Shown here: positions 17,260 to 26,622 of the stretch, in pieces
How the letters are laid out: each line of letters begins with the position of its first letter
Position numbering within the stretch: the stretch's first letter is position 1
IMG/VR virus record: IMGVR_UViG_3300014208_000113
Location: 1 to 26,622 of that record
Source of the DNA: a virus
Taxonomy: Duplodnaviria; Caudoviricetes
Length of the DNA: 26,622 nt
Reading direction: 5' to 3' (one strand)
Notes under the pieces: generated by a model
The model's database searches: none
Told to the model about the DNA's origin: nothing
The model's input: the letters and a program-made list of their open reading frames with translations, nothing else
Made by a program: the position numbers and the translations under genes

Positions 17260-20200
17260 TCAGATCTGTTGGTTGATGTTGTTCGTTACGACGAAGTCAA
17301 GAGAAACAAATTCAATGCTGCGAGTTGGAACTAGGAAGATTTTTCCTCGTATCGTGTTGTTCTCGACGTCCTGCTGCGTTGTTGTCGATGAATCGATGAC
17401 AACCTTAAATTTGTCGATACCCGACAGTGCCTGAATTCTCTCAAGACGAGGTGTTACCTGCTTTGAGAATTTTGCAAGCGTTGATTCTCTGTTTGGTTCG
17501 AAGATGATTGTTTGCGCGATCTCTCTCACCTGACGGCGGACATCGATCAACAATCGACGAACGTTCACCCTATCTAGGGCTGATGCAGCGACCTGAAGAG
17601 TTTTCTGTCCCCAGACAACGACGCCGCCCTTTGGATTCGTCCCACCCGATGCATTTCCTGGGAATGCCACCAAAGGATTGATACCTGCATCATACAAGGT
17701 ATCCATGTTTGTTTTCGATAGTTGAACCTTTGCTTCAAGCGTCGTTGACAATGCACCTCTCGTGAATCCCGCTGGTGCAAACCATGGATGTCCGATTGAA
17801 TCGTTGAGCGCAAGAGCACCCAAAACAACAACAGAAGGTGGGACGACCACGTTCGTGTCAGTGTTAGGATCGGTTACAATAACGTCAGGGAAGTACGCTG
17901 CCGCGAAGTTTGAATCAAGCGAACGATCGATGAAGTTTGTCGTCGTACCCTGAACGGATGCAAGCTGATCATCAGTGGTTATGTTGTCACCATTGTTATC
18001 TACCTGCTCAATATCCATCACGTAGAGCGCATCAAATCTGTCCTCAACAGCAGAGATTGCTGCATTTGTCACGATTGGATGTCTTACTCCAGGGATTGCG
18101 AACAATTGAATGTCAGCGTTGACAACGTTCTGCATGATGTCGATTGCCTTTGAATACGCTCGAACGTTGGGTCCCAAATTTAAACCTCTGTTCGTATCGT
18201 TCATATCAGCAACAACTGCGGTGTTGTTTATCTCGGCTTCATCATTATCAAACATGTTTGTTCCATCAAATCCGCCCTGCATGAAGAACGTGAATTTTAG
18301 GAATCTACGGTTTGATTGGATGAAATCGTCAGTTGTAACTCTTCTTGTTTTCGTTGTGGCGTTTGCTGTGATGTTACCATTTCTAACGTAGGTTGCCTGA
18401 TCCCATTCTGCAGGATCGGCCGTCGTGGCAGAACTTGTTACGACCTGAATGTTCTCAAGCGTAAATGCGTTATTGCAGAACCTATCGCTATCGATGATTC
18501 CATTTTCCGTTGTATCAACGGCACCGACGTTATCACCGATTGCAAAATTTTGGATTGTTTCAAAATTTTCTGGATAGTGCTTCATGAACGCGAATAACGA
18601 TTCATTCTGAAGCGTGCTAGCGTTCGGCGTATCAAGGCTTGTTACGTGCTCAAATTGCGTTCCCCAGTACAGAAGCGGATTCACCGATTCTTTTGTTCCG
18701 GAACCAACGGTAATAGTTTTTCTGAATGGAACAGGTGGTTCGATCGTTCTCTTGAGTGCAAGAGGAACTGGCGTTATTTGTGTTGATGTCGAAGGTGTTG
18801 CCAACGGCGTCGAACCAGACGTTATGAGATGAACTGGTCCTCGGAAACCCAATGGCAACGAAGATTCATCGATGAATTTATTTTCGACATCAGATGAAAC
18901 TTCGACCCTAACGTAATTCGAATTATTTGGATAGCTTCCTTCAACAACAATTTTTTGACTTGCTTCCGCACGGTCCCAGTCATAAAATATGTGGGCGTCT
19001 CCAACAACCTTTGAAATGTAACGATCTGAGCTTGGATCAAGCGATAGGCCTCTCCATTGTTCCAATGGAATTTGGGACGTATCGATATCATTTACATCGC
19101 GGATGATCAAATCAAACGCGCAGTAACCGTTCAAAGGATCGGTTGAAGGAACGATATTCTCAATTGAGAATTTGCATAGATTTGATATGCCTGCTCCAGC
19201 GTCGATCGCGTGCAATCTGAATAGGTTAGTTGCAACACCACCAAACTTCTGCGATACGATCCAAGGAGTTCTAGCATGGGTGTAGCGATCAGTCCATCCT
19301 TCGTAATTTGGAACCGTGCTGTCACCCGTATTTCTGCTTAATGAACCCGTTGTTAGGAACGCGGCGTTCTCCTTACCGACACATGCCGCGGTCACGGCGC
19401 CCGACCCTGAAACAGTTGGTATCAATCCAGTTCCCGTCAATGCTGCCGTTGCAGGGTAGATGTCCCAATGTGAATACAGATAATGACCAGCCTGCATGTA
19501 TTTCAGCGGATCGGTGTTTAACACGTTCGCGAAATAATTCGGTGCTGTCATATCAAATGATGCAGTTATGACGTTCGGATACAAAGGATCAGATCCTTGA
19601 TGACCGTTAAGCAACATCACGAATTCCTGTTTCGCGACAGTTCCATCAAGAAGAACTACTGCTCCAAGAACGCTTCCATTCGACGTAGCGTTCGTTGCAA
19701 CAAGCGTCGACGAAGGTTGCGAATTGGTTCCTTCTGCGGATGATGACAGACGCAATATGACGCCCGAAGGTGCCATGACGACCGCCCTCAATATCGGAAC
19801 TGATGCGGTGATTCCAGGTGTAATTCCGGTTGGTCCTTGAAGACCCGCGGAACTGAAAATTGTTGATCCTGCCGACTCCGACATGAATGCGCCAAGAAAG
19901 TATGTTCTGCCAAGAACGCTATTACTTCCTGAATTTGCGTACGTATTGCCGAATAATGCTCCATCGCTTGATCGTGGTTGATTCTCTCCGACAGAAAATC
20001 CAGCGCTTGTCACCGAACCATCTGCAGATCTTTCCTTACCATCACCCGTTCCAAGGACTCGGAGATACGTGACCGACCCTGCATTTCTCAACCATTCAGT
20101 AACAGCCAACGGACCGAATTTCTTCCCGTCGGTCAGACCAAACTTAGCATAAAAGTCGGATAACGTACCAACAGTCACCGGTACGAACGCCGGACCTCTT

Positions 20201-20313
20201 AACGCAGTTCCAACAATCCCTGCAGGAACACCTGTAGGCTCTCTTGTCAAAGGACCAGATAGATCAATTTCCCTTGCAGATACACCAGCGCTGCCAAATT
20301 TCAATTGTGCCAA
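17260..20313 (-). CDS. Tail sheath protein, copy 2 (T4 gp18-like)
   Basis: REIDLS, GTALRGPAFVPV, YLRVLG; C-terminal PWFAPAGFTRG, GINPL, WGQKTLQ...SALDRVNVRRLL, IFEPN, PTRSIEFVSLDF. TTG start with AGGAG. Confidence 0.95.
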   Translation of the reverse strand: MAQLKFGSAGVSAREIDLSGPLTREPTGVPAGIVGTALRGPAFVPVTVGTLSDFYAKFGLTDGKKFGPLAVTEWLRNAGSVTYLRVLGTGDGKERSADGSVTSAGFSVGENQPRSSDGALFGNTYANSGSNSVLGRTYFLGAFMSESAGSTIFSSAGLQGPTGITPGITASVPILRAVVMAPSGVILRLSSSAEGTNSQPSSTLVATNATSNGSVLGAVVLLDGTVAKQEFVMLLNGHQGSDPLYPNVITASFDMTAPNYFANVLNTDPLKYMQAGHYLYSHWDIYPATAALTGTGLIPTVSGSGAVTAACVGKENAAFLTTGSLSRNTGDSTVPNYEGWTDRYTHARTPWIVSQKFGGVATNLFRLHAIDAGAGISNLCKFSIENIVPSTDPLNGYCAFDLIIRDVNDIDTSQIPLEQWRGLSLDPSSDRYISKVVGDAHIFYDWDRAEASQKIVVEGSYPNNSNYVRVEVSSDVENKFIDESSLPLGFRGPVHLITSGSTPLATPSTSTQITPVPLALKRTIEPPVPFRKTITVGSGTKESVNPLLYWGTQFEHVTSLDTPNASTLQNESLFAFMKHYPENFETIQNFAIGDNVGAVDTTENGIIDSDRFCNNAFTLENIQVVTSSATTADPAEWDQATYVRNGNITANATTKTRRVTTDDFIQSNRRFLKFTFFMQGGFDGTNMFDNDEAEINNTAVVADMNDTNRGLNLGPNVRAYSKAIDIMQNVVNADIQLFAIPGVRHPIVTNAAISAVEDRFDALYVMDIEQVDNNGDNITTDDQLASVQGTTTNFIDRSLDSNFAAAYFPDVIVTDPNTDTNVVVPPSVVVLGALALNDSIGHPWFAPAGFTRGALSTTLEAKVQLSKTNMDTLYDAGINPLVAFPGNASGGTNPKGGVVVWGQKTLQVAASALDRVNVRRLLIDVRRQVREIAQTIIFEPNRESTLAKFSKQVTPRLERIQALSGIDKFKVVIDSSTTTQQDVENNTIRGKIFLVPTRSIEFVSLDFVVTNNINQQI

Positions 20314-20326
20314 AACGATTCTCCTA

Positions 20327-20338
20327 CGATATATATCG
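20327..20338 (-). promoter_or_regulatory. Perfect palindrome CGATATATATCG containing TATATA, directly upstream of the sheath 2 SD
   Basis: Seen directly; SD AGGAG at 20325-20321. Confidence 0.5.
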
Positions 20339-20404
20339 CATCAATAAAGTTCTTAGGGTAAATGGATTCCATGATTTACAATGTAATTTCTTGAATTCTA
20401 CCGT

Positions 20405-23400
20405 TCAAACGAACTGGATTCCTGAATTTGTTATGACGAAATCAACCGCGATAAATTCGATCGTTTTCGTTGGAACAAGAACAATTCGACCGTTAAGTTT
20501 GTTCAATTGAACATCCTCTGGCGTGTTATTCGTTTCATTCATGATAACCTTGAATTTTTCAATTCCTGCCTGGGCTTGAATCAACGCAAGTTGAAGTGAT
20601 GAATCAGCGACAAATTTATTTCTAACCGTCGGCGTGTTCTGTTCGAACACCATCTTGTTCGCAATGTTGATGATGATTCTCTTTACCTCAAGTAACAATC
20701 TACGAACGTTGACCCTGTCAAGCGCTGATTTCTTAATCTTAAGCGTCTTCTGCCCGTAGATTACGAAACCCAACCTCGGGAACGTTGCGATCGGATTTAT
20801 GCGTGAATCATAAAGACGATCCCTATCGCTTACATTCAATCTCGTTCCAACATTCTTAACGAAGTCCAAAGAAGCCCGATTAAATCCGGCTGGCGCGAAC
20901 CAAGGATATGCAACACGATCGTTAAATGCTATTGCGCCTAAGGCCGCGATTGATGAAGGAACCTTCACCCTTCTTCTATTTGTTAGATCGTCGATGAAAA
21001 CATCCGGGAAATAAGTTCCTGCATAATCATTATCAATCGATCTCCCATCAAATTGTGAGGCAGTTTTATCCACGTCCGGGCGTTCAGTTGAATCATCGTA
21101 TAGTCTAGCTGATGAATCATCGTATGATGGAACATCCATAACATAGAATGCAAGGCTGTAATCACGTACCTTGCTCATCGCATAATCCGTGATGAATGAT
21201 TCACGAATTCCTGGAACTGCAAGGATGTTCGTGTTGACAGTCAATGGATCCGTCATGATATTGATTGCTGTTATGTATGAGGCAACCGTCGAGTTGCTTT
21301 GCCCGCTTCCGTTCGGATTGATCAACATTCCTGGCGCAACGTATGATGATTCAGCACCACCGCCTGAATCGAATGATGACGCCTTATCGTTCATTCTTCT
21401 TGCATTACGATCGATGATGTTAACACCGTCCCATCCGCCGTACATAAAGTTCGTGAACTTCGTGTAAGGAGAAAATTTATTGAACACTGCTGCATCTGCC
21501 TGTGCAAGAACAGTTGCAAACGTTATTCTGTTTCCGATGATGCTTGAAACTGTGTACGTAGAAAGATCAAGATTTGCATCCCTGATGTACGCTGCTTCTT
21601 TCATGTGATCATTGACAGTTCCCGTCAATGCCGCAACGGATGTATTTGAGAATGCGACCTTTGCGAGGGTAAACTTGTTGTTATTGAACGTATCAGCACC
21701 CGAACCGGTGACTAGGACGTCCAACTTTTTGATTCCCATGAATTTCGTAAAAGAATCAAGAAGGTTGTTCTTTTCAGACGTAATGTTTGCATTCAAAGGA
21801 AGCGTATTTCTCTCAAATTTAACACCCCAATACAATTGTGATGTCGCAAGCTCTGTTGAACCAGGCTGACCCTGCCATGCTGCGGTTGAAGGAACATCGC
21901 CCTTTGTTACCTTGAACCTGAATGGAACGGGCGGAATGATTGATCCTGACAATGCGGAATCAGAACTTACGCCTAACACACCCGCAAGTCTTTGTGTACC
22001 TGACGCTACGTCGGTTAACGCGTCATTTGTCTTTAATGTTTCAATTCCTCTGAACCCGAAAGGAAGCGCATCCTTTGGTGTGAGACCTCTGTTGACAGCG
22101 GTCGACATTGAAACTCGAACAAATTTTGAATTATTCGAATACTTTCCGAACGTAACGATTCGACGCTCTGACTCAACAACAGCGTCAAAATTGTACGTGA
22201 TCTTACGATCTCCAATCACCTTTGCGATGTAATTGTCAGCAACTGGGTTTAATGAGCAATTTGAAAATTGTTCAAGAACCTTTGGGTTCGTATCCGTATC
22301 ATTCCAATCCCTTATTTGAACCGTGAACGTTCCAAATTTGTTTGCTTCGTCCAATGAAGCCTTTAGGTTTGTTATCGAAATCTTGTAAAGCTTGTTAGCG
22401 TACTCACCATCGTCAAGCGATTCAAAGTAGAAAAGATCGTGTTCAGTATTACCGTAAGGTTGCGAGATGAACCAGGTTGATTTTGGTGTTGTAAAACGTG
22501 TGTCAAGTGCACCGAATGCTTTTCTGAACGGCAACACAGTATCGCCTGAATTTGCGCTTGTTGACGCAGAACCCGATAGAACAGCAACTGATGTTGCTGT
22601 TGCAATTTCATCATCCACGGAAAAATCTGCGTACAGATAATGCTGCTTTGTAACGAACTTATCCGGGTCTGTATTTAGAACCTTGCCAAAGTAATCATCG
22701 TCGGTTGGGTTCAATGATGCAGTGAAAATCAAAACGCCAGGATTTCCATCGACATTTGAAAATTCATTCCCCAACGTTGAAGAAATAACAAGCTTGACTT
22801 TATTGCTTGCTACCGTTGCTACGTCATCAGGACCAGCTGCGGTGAAGGCGCCGACGGCGCTCTCGTCACCATTCAGAACCATCATTCTTGCGCCGGATGC
22901 GAGTAGAACAGCACCTCGAACAAGATTGACTGTTGCGCCACTGTACGACGTATTGTCAGTGAACATCGGCATTCCAAGCGCTTCATTCGTTTGAAGCGAG
23001 TGTTTGGCAACGATGTATTGAACTGCACCTGTGTGTCGACCACGTGAATCATGTGTGGCAGCGACACCATCGAAATAAACTCCAGCGCTCTGAACGCGGC
23101 CAGTTTGTATCGTTGTATTGATGTGCGTTTCAGTTAAATTCGCACCAGCACCGAGAACTCTTAGGTACGTTAACGCGGTCTTATGCTTTAAAAATTCATT
23201 AACTGCATAAGGTCCAAAGTTTTTTGGATCAAGGTTCCCAAACGTCGCAGCAAACTCATCAAAGGTTGCTACCGTAACTGGTACGAACGCTGGTCCTTTG
23301 TTCGCTGTTCCAATTATACCTGCCGGAACCCCAGTAGGGCCCGCCACGGTTGGCGCAGAACGATCAATCTCTCTATCAAAAAAATTCGGCGAACGAAATG

Positions 23401-23416
23401 TTGCTTCTTGAGGCAT
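20405..23416 (-). CDS. Tail sheath protein, copy 1 (T4 gp18-like)
   Basis: REIDRS, GTANKGPAFVPV, PWFAPAGFNR, RINPIATFP, YGQKTL, ALDRVNVRRLL, VFEQN, PTKTIEFIAVDF. GGAG SD. Confidence 0.95.
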   Translation of the reverse strand: MPQEATFRSPNFFDREIDRSAPTVAGPTGVPAGIIGTANKGPAFVPVTVATFDEFAATFGNLDPKNFGPYAVNEFLKHKTALTYLRVLGAGANLTETHINTTIQTGRVQSAGVYFDGVAATHDSRGRHTGAVQYIVAKHSLQTNEALGMPMFTDNTSYSGATVNLVRGAVLLASGARMMVLNGDESAVGAFTAAGPDDVATVASNKVKLVISSTLGNEFSNVDGNPGVLIFTASLNPTDDDYFGKVLNTDPDKFVTKQHYLYADFSVDDEIATATSVAVLSGSASTSANSGDTVLPFRKAFGALDTRFTTPKSTWFISQPYGNTEHDLFYFESLDDGEYANKLYKISITNLKASLDEANKFGTFTVQIRDWNDTDTNPKVLEQFSNCSLNPVADNYIAKVIGDRKITYNFDAVVESERRIVTFGKYSNNSKFVRVSMSTAVNRGLTPKDALPFGFRGIETLKTNDALTDVASGTQRLAGVLGVSSDSALSGSIIPPVPFRFKVTKGDVPSTAAWQGQPGSTELATSQLYWGVKFERNTLPLNANITSEKNNLLDSFTKFMGIKKLDVLVTGSGADTFNNNKFTLAKVAFSNTSVAALTGTVNDHMKEAAYIRDANLDLSTYTVSSIIGNRITFATVLAQADAAVFNKFSPYTKFTNFMYGGWDGVNIIDRNARRMNDKASSFDSGGGAESSYVAPGMLINPNGSGQSNSTVASYITAINIMTDPLTVNTNILAVPGIRESFITDYAMSKVRDYSLAFYVMDVPSYDDSSARLYDDSTERPDVDKTASQFDGRSIDNDYAGTYFPDVFIDDLTNRRRVKVPSSIAALGAIAFNDRVAYPWFAPAGFNRASLDFVKNVGTRLNVSDRDRLYDSRINPIATFPRLGFVIYGQKTLKIKKSALDRVNVRRLLLEVKRIIINIANKMVFEQNTPTVRNKFVADSSLQLALIQAQAGIEKFKVIMNETNNTPEDVQLNKLNGRIVLVPTKTIEFIAVDFVITNSGIQFV

Positions 23417-23443
23417 CAGTTACTCCACATCGCAGTGCGATTG

Positions 23444-23458
23444 CAATGATAAGTATTG
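23444..23458 (-). promoter_or_regulatory. Late-promoter-like TACTTAT in an inverted repeat, upstream of sheath 1
   Basis: Minus strand CAAT-ACTTATC-ATTG. Confidence 0.55.
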
Positions 23459-23484
23459 TGCGCTCAGGTGAAAACTGTCATGCG

Positions 23485-24774
23485 TTAACTATCACTAACG
23501 ATGATATCGGTTCCACCCAAATCAAAGCCAGATGAGAAAGTTGTTTCTCCGGTCCTAGTATTAACGCTAGAAATTCTAACCAACTTTGTTACCGTTTTTC
23601 CATTCCGATCAACGGTCGTAACTTTTTTGAACCGTGCGAGCGATTGCCCTCGTGGAACTGATCGTAATGCTGGATCCTGTGGGTTTACATCATCTATGTT
23701 TGGATATAATCTGGTGCCGGTTGTTTCACGACCGTCTCGACGTCTTGTTGAATCAGACAGAGGCAACGTAGGATCATCGGAACCAAGGAAAGGTTCATCA
23801 ATTCCACCTTTCTGCGTTAATTCATCGGCATTCGTGCTTATATCGAATGTTATCACCGGAGCAGAAACATAACGTTTCAATGCTATTGGCGCTCCGGGCA
23901 CATTTGATGCAAGAACATATGCTTGGACCTTCACCGTAAATTTATGTTTGATTATTCGTTCTTCCTGCGACATGTCGTCAGCATTGCTATCTGAATTGAA
24001 CACATTCGCATCAACCGTTGCAATGAACCAGTAACCTTTATTTGTTTCTAATTTCCATGCATTACCTTGAGGCAGATACGATGCAATAGTCTGTTCCAAC
24101 AGTTGCGACATTTGCCAATTAAATTGTGCCCAAAATGTTACTTCGTACGTTGCTGTGTAAAATTGTGGTGATGGAACAGCCAACGTTTCAACGATGTTGT
24201 TTTTTTTATCACCCAATAAAAAGCCACCATCCTGTATTGTTGGATCAACCGTTAGATCGCCAGTACGGCGTGATGTTGATAGTTCATCATTTACGACGGC
24301 AGAATTATCGATGGCAACGTTCAGTTGATTTTTGATTCCCAAACGATTGACGATATTTTGGTACGATCTGTCATTTGAGCTTAACGACCTCTTGACGTAC
24401 AACTCACCCGTTTGTTGATTGATTCCTCTGCCTGTTATATCTGAAACGGGTGATTGTTCCACGGTTGTTCTAATGACGGTTATCAATGGAAGTATTAATG
24501 TGTTATTTCTGTCACGCATTGGCATTGAGCGCTTCTGCAATGCCCATTTTTCACCGGCGGCAAAGATGACTGGAACTGTTGCTACGAGACCCGACGAGGG
24601 AACTTTTGTAACGAACTTGGACTCCTTATCGAGAAAATTAAAGAGTGCACGGTCGACATCCTCGATGCCAACAGAAGGTATCGTTAGAACGCCCTCTTGA
24701 CCAGGTTCGTATCCTGACTTTAATCCAGGAACATCAAATCTTGATGTTGATGTTATGTTGAATCGATTTGCCAT
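23485..24774 (-). CDS. Tail terminator / sheath stabiliser (T4 gp15-like) with C-terminal extension
   Basis: IEDVDRALFNFL, VPVIFAAGEKW, LILPLITVIRT, PQFYTATYEVTFW; position between neck and sheath genes. Confidence 0.7.
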   Translation of the reverse strand: MANRFNITSTSRFDVPGLKSGYEPGQEGVLTIPSVGIEDVDRALFNFLDKESKFVTKVPSSGLVATVPVIFAAGEKWALQKRSMPMRDRNNTLILPLITVIRTTVEQSPVSDITGRGINQQTGELYVKRSLSSNDRSYQNIVNRLGIKNQLNVAIDNSAVVNDELSTSRRTGDLTVDPTIQDGGFLLGDKKNNIVETLAVPSPQFYTATYEVTFWAQFNWQMSQLLEQTIASYLPQGNAWKLETNKGYWFIATVDANVFNSDSNADDMSQEERIIKHKFTVKVQAYVLASNVPGAPIALKRYVSAPVITFDISTNADELTQKGGIDEPFLGSDDPTLPLSDSTRRRDGRETTGTRLYPNIDDVNPQDPALRSVPRGQSLARFKKVTTVDRNGKTVTKLVRISSVNTRTGETTFSSGFDLGGTDIIVSDS

Positions 24775-25454
24775 CAGCTTTCCTCATCGTAGAAACTTGA
24801 AGCGTTATTTGAATTATCGCTCTGCGCCCCTCTTTCAGATACTTCCCTTGGTCCATCTTCTGGTAATTCCAGAATTCCATTTTCAATTAAATCGCGCTTA
24901 TCGTGTGTTTGACCTTCGGCATTTTCTCTGAAACCTCTTTGCTGATAAAAATTCTTTTGAACTGCATCATCATCATTGTAGCTTACGTCAGTTGGGCCCA
25001 CCATCGGAGCAGTGAATTGTCCCTGACGAGCTTTTGTTCCTATCAACTTGATTCCATCCCTGTGTTCAGGTAAACCGTAAATGTTTCTTAATACTTGAGT
25101 TTCTGTGACTTCGTAAAAGATATCTGAAAATGAGAAAAAGTCGCCGATGCTGATTGATAAACCCTTGTCGACAAGATCACGGTATTGAATGAATACCTCA
25201 ATTTTATACTGCTGATCAACACCAAATAATCCTATCTTGGTGTCAGACTGATACCTTGAATCGACCAAAGCATCGATTTGTATCGGATTATCGTAAACCT
25301 TCTGAAAGGATTCATTGTACACGTCATGTGACAACGTCTTCAATTCTGATATTGGATAGTAAATGATTTTCTGCCCGATAACATCCTTCAATATCTCCTT
25401 CGTTATGTCAGAGATGAAATTTAGTTCACGGGGTGTTACGTAAAGTCTGCTCAT
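24774..25454 (-). CDS. Neck / head closure protein (T4 gp14-like)
   Basis: GQKIIYYPI...DVYNES...NPIQIDALV...IGDFF; synteny after the gp13-like gene; TGATG coupling to the next gene. Confidence 0.7.
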   Translation of the reverse strand: MSRLYVTPRELNFISDITKEILKDVIGQKIIYYPISELKTLSHDVYNESFQKVYDNPIQIDALVDSRYQSDTKIGLFGVDQQYKIEVFIQYRDLVDKGLSISIGDFFSFSDIFYEVTETQVLRNIYGLPEHRDGIKLIGTKARQGQFTAPMVGPTDVSYNDDDAVQKNFYQQRGFRENAEGQTHDKRDLIENGILELPEDGPREVSERGAQSDNSNNASSFYDEES

Positions 25455-25455
25455 A

Positions 25456-26622
25456 TCAACCTATCGTGATTGCTCCACCTGCAGGCATGGGTATAAGCTT
25501 AAGTTGTTTCTGCATGTTTTCCGCAATTGTGACCTGTTGTTCTATCAATTTTGCGGTTGTCAAGTTTTGCAACCAATCCTTCAATTGATCACGTAATCTT
25601 ACCTGATCTTCCCTTGCTTGTTGAAGCAATGAATCACCATTTAATTTAAGATCAGCATTTGGTATCGGGATAACGTCAAATTTACTCCTGTTTAGACCGA
25701 GAATTTCCTTCGATAATGCAAGAGAAAATTGTCTAATCCATTGTCTTCCGGGTTGTGTTATCGTATTGTACGGTAGATTTCCAAATGGCACGTTGCTTGG
25801 ACTTGAAACGCCGTACAACGTTGAATCTGCAGAACTTCCCGACATCAAACTTCCTCCAATCGCAGTTGGGTCGACTGGATTTATCGTTCTAGCAAAAACC
25901 TTGATAAACATCTTGCCAAGCTGCATTTCGGATGAAGGAATTGGAAATATCCTAAGATTGCTACCTATGATTTTGTAGCTGTAATTTGATCTTCTGACCC
26001 TGAATGCCGTTTCTAACATTCCTCTTCTAAGAAGATCCTCGTAGACAGGTAAAACGTAAAAAACGGTGCTGTTAACGTACGATTCGTAGTTAAAGTTCGT
26101 TGCAAGAAAGTTTGTTATGTTTGATGCGTTCAATAGGAAGTGTTGAGCAGCAAGCGGTTCAAAATGGAACAATTCAACAATTTTCATCTTCCCACGGGAT
26201 GATGAAGGAATTGATAACCAGAGATTTTGACCCAATGTTCCGGTCGCGGCGCTTTTTACATCAGCGTAAATATCGTAATCTTGTTGTCCTTGAACAAGAT
26301 CGATGTACCCTAAATCAGCATCGTACGATCCACCGATTGCTGCTTCCGTTGCGTATGGTTCTGCCATTCGCATCAAATACTCGAGCGTCTGTCGGGGATT
26401 TATGTTCGTCAAGTTACTTGACGTTGACATTCCCATAACGTTAACCAACTCAGATTGAATACGAAGTTCATGAATGAGCCTCGAATATTCACAAACAGCC
26501 TCCTCAAAACACGTCCAGATTTCTTTCTTTGTGAGCTCTACGCTTAGAATGTCATCGCCGAGCTTTCGTTTAACAAACGTAACCATCGAATCAGCTTCAG
26601 TTTGAAAGTCTGAATCACTATC
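25456..26622 (-). CDS. Neck / head-tail adaptor protein (T4 gp13-like), 5' end outside the window
   Basis: Frame is open to the window edge (DSDSDFQTEADSMVTFVKRKLG). KRKLG..ILSVELT and WIRQFSLALSKEILGLNRSKF...LNGDSLLQQA are gp13-like motifs. Confidence 0.8.
   Translation of the reverse strand, partial: DSDSDFQTEADSMVTFVKRKLGDDILSVELTKKEIWTCFEEAVCEYSRLIHELRIQSELVNVMGMSTSSNLTNINPRQTLEYLMRMAEPYATEAAIGGSYDADLGYIDLVQGQQDYDIYADVKSAATGTLGQNLWLSIPSSSRGKMKIVELFHFEPLAAQHFLLNASNITNFLATNFNYESYVNSTVFYVLPVYEDLLRRGMLETAFRVRRSNYSYKIIGSNLRIFPIPSSEMQLGKMFIKVFARTINPVDPTAIGGSLMSGSSADSTLYGVSSPSNVPFGNLPYNTITQPGRQWIRQFSLALSKEILGLNRSKFDVIPIPNADLKLNGDSLLQQAREDQVRLRDQLKDWLQNLTTAKLIEQQVTIAENMQKQLKLIPMPAGGAITIG

Noticed and set aside
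1-26622. Interpretation as a bacterial extracellular contractile injection system or tailocin
   Set aside because: gp13/gp14-like head-joining genes, free-standing homing endonucleases and phage-type late motifs point to a head-bearing phage; no Afp15-like ATPase is seen in the window.
1-26622. Stop-codon reassignment (alternative genetic code)
   Set aside because: Genes are long and intact under the standard code, and TGA and TAA fall at expected C-termini. TAG appears rarely or never as a terminator of the called genes, but no gene is fragmented by it.

Overview
The window is the late structural (neck, tail, baseplate) module of a large contractile-tailed phage, almost all on the minus strand. 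Read right to left, it encodes: a gp13-like neck protein (cut by the right edge), a gp14-like head closure protein, a gp15-like tail terminator, and two tandem paralogous ~1000-aa tail sheaths. These are followed by four small proteins sharing an N-terminal leader, a tail tube gene flanked by two paralogous Hef-like nuclease/GNAT genes, a wHTH gene and an acidic ORF, and a gp26-like chaperone with an overlapping +1-frame ORF. The left part holds an oppositely oriented small gene, a tape measure protein, a large tube-initiator-like protein, a LysM/gp53-like wedge protein and a large hub-like protein cut by the left edge (absent from the ORF track). The most interesting signals are mostly translational or regulatory: a probable +1 frameshift or 40-nt ribosomal hop upstream of the tape measure gene, an apparent ATC start for the tail tube, long hairpins that bury two translation start regions, and a TAYTTAT/TAnnTA promoter-like motif repeatedly embedded in small inverted repeats. 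All family calls come from motif recognition and synteny by eye; no database searches were run.
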